This document shows positions 17,021 to 21,498 of a stretch of 24,000 nt of DNA, in pieces. The translations under genes and the position numbers were made by a program. Under the pieces are notes generated by a model that saw only the letters and a program-made list of their open reading frames with translations, searched no databases and had not been told where the DNA came from. This stretch comes from Candidatus Bathyarchaeota archaeon B26-2 (GTDB lineage Archaea; Thermoproteota; Bathyarchaeia; Bathyarchaeales; B26-1). Position 1 is the first letter of the stretch; each line of letters begins with the position of its first letter. The DNA lies in NCBI GenBank assembly GCA_001593935.1, contig LUCE01000002.1, positions 45,772 to 69,771 of the forward strand, in the 5' to 3' direction.

Positions 17021-18067
17021 ATGTTCTCTGGGTTAGAGGATCGGATGAGGAAGACTGAGAAGCCGGAGGGTGAGACCTTCTCGCACGGTATGGTCCGCGT
17101 CTCTTTAGGTTCTGCCATCCTGCTCGGTCTGATGAGGGGCCGGCTTGACGCCGAGCCTACAACCATCTATCTGCTCACTTATAGACGTGGAAGATGCACG
17201 GCCAACTGTGGCTTCTGTCCTCAAGCGAGGGGCTGCACGGGGCGAGCTGACATGCTCTCTAGGGTTGTTTGGCCACCGTTCCCAGCGGCCAATGTTATAG
17301 AACGCATAGGAAAAGCCTACATAGACGGAAGGGTCAAAAGGGTCTGCATCCAAGCTCTAAACCATCCGGATATACTCGAGGAGATAATCTCCCTTGTAAG
17401 AATGATAAGGCTTACTTCATCGGTTCCGATCTCGGTCTCCTGTCAACCTCTACAGAAGGAGGAGATGGTCCGCTTACGTGAGACGGGGGTTAACCGGGTC
17501 AGCATAGCCCTAGACGCCTCAACCCGAGACATCTTCAACGAGGTTAAGGGCACCTCTGCTGGAGGCCCATACACTTGGGATGGACATATGAGGGCGCTTA
17601 AGGATGCAGTTGAGGTCTTTGGAGAGGGCTCCGTCACAACCCATCTAATAGTCGGCTTAGGTGAGTCTGAGGAGGAGGCTGTTCGAACGATACAGTTATG
17701 CCACGATATGGGGGTCTATCCCGCCCTCTTCGCTTTCACACCTATACCCGGAACCAGAATGGCGAAACGTCCAAGCCCACCTCTCGAAAAGTATAGGAGA
17801 ATCCAGGTCGCCCAGTATCTTATAACCCACAACTTGGCACGCTACGCGGATATGACCTTTGAGGAAGGCCGCCTCAGAGATTTCGGGGTTCCAAGGAACC
17901 TTCTATTGAAGATCGTGGAGTCCGGTAGGCCCTTCATGACGACGGGATGCCCGGGATGCAACAGGCCGTACTACAATGAGAGGCCGGGCGGACCCCTCTA
18001 CAACTATCCGAGGAAGCCTAAGCTCGAGGAGGTAACCGAGATCAAGAGGCAGCTCGGTCTTCAGTAG
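17021..18067 (+). CDS. radical SAM protein, biotin-synthase-related family (candidate LipS-type lipoyl synthase subunit)
   Basis: The CX3CX2C motif is in RGRCTANCGFCPQ, followed by LSRVVWPPF. Other motifs are SIALDA, THLIVGLGESEEE and a C-terminal TTGCPGCNRPYYNE Cys pair. A TATA-like AAAAAAGTTTATAG at 16993-17006 sits close to ATG 17021. ATG 17045, preceded by GAGGA, is therefore an alternative start. Confidence 0.7.
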   Translation: MFSGLEDRMRKTEKPEGETFSHGMVRVSLGSAILLGLMRGRLDAEPTTIYLLTYRRGRCTANCGFCPQARGCTGRADMLSRVVWPPFPAANVIERIGKAYIDGRVKRVCIQALNHPDILEEIISLVRMIRLTSSVPISVSCQPLQKEEMVRLRETGVNRVSIALDASTRDIFNEVKGTSAGGPYTWDGHMRALKDAVEVFGEGSVTTHLIVGLGESEEEAVRTIQLCHDMGVYPALFAFTPIPGTRMAKRPSPPLEKYRRIQVAQYLITHNLARYADMTFEEGRLRDFGVPRNLLLKIVESGRPFMTTGCPGCNRPYYNERPGGPLYNYPRKPKLEEVTEIKRQLGLQ

Positions 18068-18225
18068 GTAACTCATTGGCGCCATAAAGAAAGTCTAATG
18101 CGGTTTTATGCCCGTTAAGGCATAGGACACGCCTCGTCTTGACGACTCAGAGCTAGTGATGGAAAAGCTTTTATTCGGCTTCAATATAGTAAAGTTATAA
18201 GTATACTATTTCCGGAGGCTCAAGA

Positions 18226-18978
18226 TTGAAGCGAACCGAAAGTCCCCAGAAGAGGCTCTTAGGACCCCTCGACTTGGCGGCCTCAGCCGTCTTCTCAGCG
18301 TTCGTGTGTGTGGCAACCATAATCTTCACCGTATATGTCCCACAGACGAGGGGGTTCTTCAACATAGGTGAGACGATGATCTACGTAACGGCTCTCCTCT
18401 TCGGGCCCATAGTCGGCGGTATAGCCGGTGGGTTCGGCTCGATGCTGGCCGACGTAATCTTGGGCTACATGGAGTTCGCGCCCGCAACCCTCGTCATAAA
18501 GATGTGCGAGGGCGCTGTTGTCGGCTTCCTAGGCAAGAAGAATCCGAAGAAAGAATCGAAGGATTACTGGAGAGCTACAACCGCCATTCTGGGGATAGTT
18601 ATGGGGCTTCTACTCGCAGTCATAGGCTCAACATACTACAGCGGAGAAGTCGAGATATACTTCGGAACATCAGCTGAGCCCACCTTTACGCCGTGGATTC
18701 CCGCGGAGGTTTGGTACCTGATCGGGGGGCTCGCCGCCTTCTCGATAGTACTCGCCGGGATCAAGCTAGAACCCGAACTGGGATGGACGATCCTCTCGAT
18801 AACTGTTGGAGGCCTAATCATGGTCACGGGATACTTCATCTACGAGTTGTTCTTGGTGGGTCCCGGTGCCTTCGCCGAGATTCCCGTCAACATAGGGCAG
18901 ATGTCAGTCGGTTTGATGGTCTCGATGCCCGTCGTGAGGGCTGTATGGAGATACCTTCCATCCCTAAGAGGGCGATGA
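18226..18978 (+). CDS. ECF-transporter S-component-like membrane protein (substrate unknown)
   Basis: TTG start preceded by GGAGG (18214-18218). The protein has about 6 TM segments. The signature LLFGPIVGGIAGGFGSMLADVILGY..APATLVIKMCEGAVVGFLG is typical of ECF S components. No EcfA/EcfT genes are present in the window. Confidence 0.5.
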   Translation: MKRTESPQKRLLGPLDLAASAVFSAFVCVATIIFTVYVPQTRGFFNIGETMIYVTALLFGPIVGGIAGGFGSMLADVILGYMEFAPATLVIKMCEGAVVGFLGKKNPKKESKDYWRATTAILGIVMGLLLAVIGSTYYSGEVEIYFGTSAEPTFTPWIPAEVWYLIGGLAAFSIVLAGIKLEPELGWTILSITVGGLIMVTGYFIYELFLVGPGAFAEIPVNIGQMSVGLMVSMPVVRAVWRYLPSLRGR

Positions 18979-18988
18979 AAACACTGTA

Positions 18989-19006
18989 AGATCATGAAAA
19001 TGATCT
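18989..19006 (+). terminator. perfect 7-bp hairpin with GAAA loop after the S-component gene
   Basis: AGATCAT-GAAA-ATGATCT begins 11 nt after the stop codon (18976-18978) and is followed by TTTC. Confidence 0.3.
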
Positions 19007-19115
19007 TTCAGACATTACGTGTTTCTCTTCGGAGGTGATACCCTCAAGAAGGAACTAATTTATGTAAGCGGACGTCTAGAACTCTGGAGATACTACGAAC
19101 TGGAAGGGCGGGAAC

Positions 19116-19632
19116 TTGACTTGGAGAATAGACGTTAGGAGGCGGCCTTCACTTCCGCTCTCGCTGGCGGTTCTCTTCGTTGCCGCCCTCATCTTTATGG
19201 GTGTATGGAATCTCATCCAATCTACGGACGAGGCTTCAGAGTTCACTTTGACCGATATAGAGTCTAAGCGACTTTAGGGGAAAAGTTGTTCTCTTAGACT
19301 TCATGGCTACTTGGTGTGGCCCTTGCAGGGAATCCATGCCCGTGCTTAAAGTTCTCTGGGAGAAGTATGAGGGGGAGATCGTCATCATAACGATAGCGGT
19401 TGACCCCGCCCATGACACCGTCGAGAAGATGCAGGACTGGGTTCGCGTCCACAACGCCACATGGATACACGCCAGAGATACCGCTAACCCTCCGGTAGGA
19501 CAACTTTATAAGGTCACAAGTATCCCAACTTTTGTGCTCATAGATAAAACGGGTAAAATCCGGTATAGGCACGTAGGCCTAACATCCGAGGACATCCTCA
19601 TGTCCGAGATATCTGCCCTACTTAAGGAGTAG
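19116..19632 (+). pseudogene. TlpA/ResA-like membrane-anchored thiol:disulfide oxidoreductase, split between two reading frames
   Basis: Frame 0 (from TTG 19116 to TAG 19275-19277) encodes LTWRIDVRRRPSLPLSLAVLFVAALIFMGVWNLIQSTDEASEFTLTDIESKRL*, a signal anchor plus the start of the Trx-like domain. Frame +1 (open from 19261) encodes SLSDFRGKVVLLDFMATWCGPC... through 19632. The ATG at 19303 used by the ORF track lies 3 codons before the WCGPC active site. Starting there would delete the first beta-strand, so it is not a credible native start. Confidence 0.7.
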
Positions 19633-19642
19633 ATGAGGAGAC

Positions 19643-20326
19643 ATGGGAGCCGTTGCGATCGACATGTTTGGGGTTGCTCTCTCCTTTGCAGCCGGAGTCT
19701 TCTCCCTCCTCTCCCCATGTGGATACGCGTTACTACCGGGATACCTCTCCTATTACCTAGGCTCCAACCTCTCTTCGAGGAAAGCCATCTTGGGAGGCCT
19801 CTTATGTACCGCAGGCCTAGTGGCAGTCTTCTCTACTGTTGGAGCCTTAGCCTCTGCCCTAGAGGTATTCAGCCCCCAGCTCACATCCATCTTCAGCTTG
19901 ACCGCCGGATTGATCGTGGCTCTCATGGGTCTCTTCATGATCCTCGAGGTTAGGGTGCCACAAATCTCCAAGATAACCTTCCTTAAGACCTCTCAGAAGA
20001 GGGGCCTCTTCAACCTTCTAATATTCGGTTTGGCTTACGGGATGGCCTCCGTCGGGTGTTCAGCCCCAATCTTCCTCTCGATGATCCTCTACGCGGCGTC
20101 CAGAGGCTTCATCAACGGCGTGGCTGCGTTCGTAGCCTTTGCGGCTGGTATGGGTGTCCCCCTAACCTTAACAGGAGTACTCGTGGCTGAGGCTAGGGTC
20201 CTCATACTAAAGAAGATAACTGACCTCACGCCTCGTCTCCATAGGATCAGCGGCTTGCTCCTCGTGGCGGTCGGCCTTTACATGGTATACTTATCGGCTC
20301 AGCAACCTCTCCAATTAGGTAGTTAA
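19643..20326 (+). CDS. ccdA: CcdA/DsbD-family transmembrane thiol:disulfide electron transporter
   Basis: 227 aa with about 6 TM segments. The two conserved Cys motifs are LLSPCGYALLPGYLSY and SVGCSAPIF. The gene lies directly downstream of the thioredoxin-like gene. Confidence 0.8.
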   Translation: MGAVAIDMFGVALSFAAGVFSLLSPCGYALLPGYLSYYLGSNLSSRKAILGGLLCTAGLVAVFSTVGALASALEVFSPQLTSIFSLTAGLIVALMGLFMILEVRVPQISKITFLKTSQKRGLFNLLIFGLAYGMASVGCSAPIFLSMILYAASRGFINGVAAFVAFAAGMGVPLTLTGVLVAEARVLILKKITDLTPRLHRISGLLLVAVGLYMVYLSAQQPLQLGS

Positions 20327-20344
20327 ACCTTTATTTTTGATTTA

Positions 20345-20359
20345 CCTAAATCTTTTAGG
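20345..20359. promoter_or_regulatory. palindrome CCTAAA-TCT-TTTAGG between the TATA-like box and the start of the DtxR-family gene (candidate auto-operator)
   Basis: The 6-nt arms are perfect. The palindrome sits between CTTTATTTTT (20329-20338) and the TTG start at 20371. TTAGGTAGTTAAACCTTTA at 20315-20333 is a further half-matching box. Confidence 0.4.
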
Positions 20360-20370
20360 GAAGGTTAGAT

Positions 20371-20844
20371 TTGAGCGGCGTCATCTCCAGAAGAGCTGAG
20401 GACTACTTAAGGACGATATACGAGATCGTTGAGCAGAGGGGTTTCGCCCGTGTGAAGGACGTGGCTAGAGAGATGAACCTTAAGCCCTCCACCGTCGTCG
20501 AGATGGTTAGGAAACTCCACAAGCGCAGACTTGTAAACTACGAGAAGTATGGGGGCATAACGCTTACTCCTCATGGTAGGGAGATCGCTGAGTCCATAAA
20601 AGAGAGACATGAGACCTTCAGAAGGTTCCTCGAGATCATTCTGGTCCCCCGGGAGATAGCCTTGAAAGACTCTCACATCCTTGAACATCAGCTCGACCCC
20701 AAGACGATACTACAGTTCTCACGGTTCGTCAGATTCATAACAGAATCGGCGGAACGCCCAAAGTTCGTTAGCAGGTGGCTGGAACAGTTCAAGGAGTACT
20801 GCAAAAGAGAAGAAGCAGACCAATCCTCAACTGCAAGGGAATAG
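20371..20844 (+). CDS. DtxR/MntR-family metal-dependent transcriptional regulator (no SH3 domain)
   Basis: 157 aa with RRAEDYLRTIYEI, a winged-helix region (ARVKDVAREMNLKPSTVVEMVRKL), and a dimerisation/metal region (TPHGREIAESIKERHETFRRFL, HILEHQLD). Confidence 0.85.
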   Translation: MSGVISRRAEDYLRTIYEIVEQRGFARVKDVAREMNLKPSTVVEMVRKLHKRRLVNYEKYGGITLTPHGREIAESIKERHETFRRFLEIILVPREIALKDSHILEHQLDPKTILQFSRFVRFITESAERPKFVSRWLEQFKEYCKREEADQSSTARE

Positions 20845-20922
20845 TCTTATAAAAAGAGGAAGTTTTCCCACAGGCTTCAGCCCCCTACAAATTGTGGCAA
20901 CACGAACGTTTACGCCATAATT

Positions 20923-20946
20923 TTAGGTGTTAAGCCTTAAACCTAA
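20923..20946. promoter_or_regulatory. DtxR/IdeR-operator-like palindrome TTAGGT-N12-ACCTAA
   Basis: The sequence is TTAGGTGTTAAGCCTTAAACCTAA. The outer 6-nt arms are perfect inverted repeats, and an inner TTAAG-C-CTTAA palindrome is nested within them. Confidence 0.4.
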
Positions 20947-20950
20947 CTTC

Positions 20951-20968
20951 TTTAGGATAACTCCTAAA
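20951..20968. promoter_or_regulatory. DtxR/IdeR-operator-like palindrome TTTAGG-N6-CCTAAA
   Basis: TTTAGGATAACTCCTAAA resembles the classical tox-operator type TTAGGATAGCTTTACCTAA as I remember it. Confidence 0.4.
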
Positions 20969-21000
20969 TAGACCTAAAAGGATTACTTATCAAACCAAAG

Positions 21001-21014
21001 TTAGGGAACCCTAA
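21001..21014. promoter_or_regulatory. palindrome TTAGGG-AA-CCCTAA overlapping a TATA-like box
   Basis: The 6-nt arms are perfect. The palindrome is contiguous with TAAATATTT (21012-21020), a candidate TATA box for a transcript running toward feoAB. Confidence 0.4.
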
Positions 21015-21231
21015 ATATTTGTTGCAAGTCGAGCAGGGAAGCCCCAATGGAAAGAACTCTAAGCCGACATCAGCCCTTAAAGAACCGCACGCTCTCGGGA
21101 ACCTCTGAAGCGTCTCCAAAAGGAGACATTCGCTTCACGGTTATGCGCACCATCGTTTACAGAATGTTTAGTCTAGCGCCGAAGAGTGTACGCCCATAAC
21201 CACCACCAAAAGATGCGCCTGTAGGTGATTA

Positions 21232-21498
21232 ATGATGAAGAGACCTCTAACATCTCTGAGAGACGGCGAGACCGGGATAATAACATCCATAATGATAGGC
21301 TCGGGGGACGGAAGACGTAGAGGAAGAGCATGGGGCCTAAGGAAGAGGCTCATAGACATGGGCCTAACCCCCGGAACAAAGGTTACCGTTATAAAATCCG
21401 CGCCGTTCCGCGGGCCCGTAGAGATACTCGTCAGAGGGTCAAGGTTGGCCTTAGGAAGAGGCATGGCAGAGAGAGTCTACGTGGAGACAGATAGATGA
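21232..21498 (+). CDS. feoA: ferrous iron transport protein A (FeoA, SH3-like)
   Basis: 88 aa with LTSLRDGETGIITSI, RLIDMGLTPGTKVTVIKSAPFRGPVEILVRGSRLALGRGMAERVYV. GGTGA lies upstream. The stop overlaps the feoB ATG (ATGA, 21495-21498). Confidence 0.85.
   Translation: MMKRPLTSLRDGETGIITSIMIGSGDGRRRGRAWGLRKRLIDMGLTPGTKVTVIKSAPFRGPVEILVRGSRLALGRGMAERVYVETDR

Noticed and set aside
19633-19953. 106-aa plus-strand ORF overlapping the ccdA start in another frame
   Set aside because: The ccdA frame carries both conserved Cys motifs and TM helices. The alternative frame is Arg/Pro/Leu-rich with no motif.
21231-21257. ATGATGA followed by CTGA at the feoA start
   Set aside because: The spacing is far too short for a C/D sRNA, and the sequence is explained by the feoA initiation region (Met-Met-Lys).
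21168-21464. 98-aa minus-strand ORF opposite feoA
   Set aside because: It is antisense to a well-supported feoA with conserved motifs and translational coupling to feoB. It has no recognisable domain.
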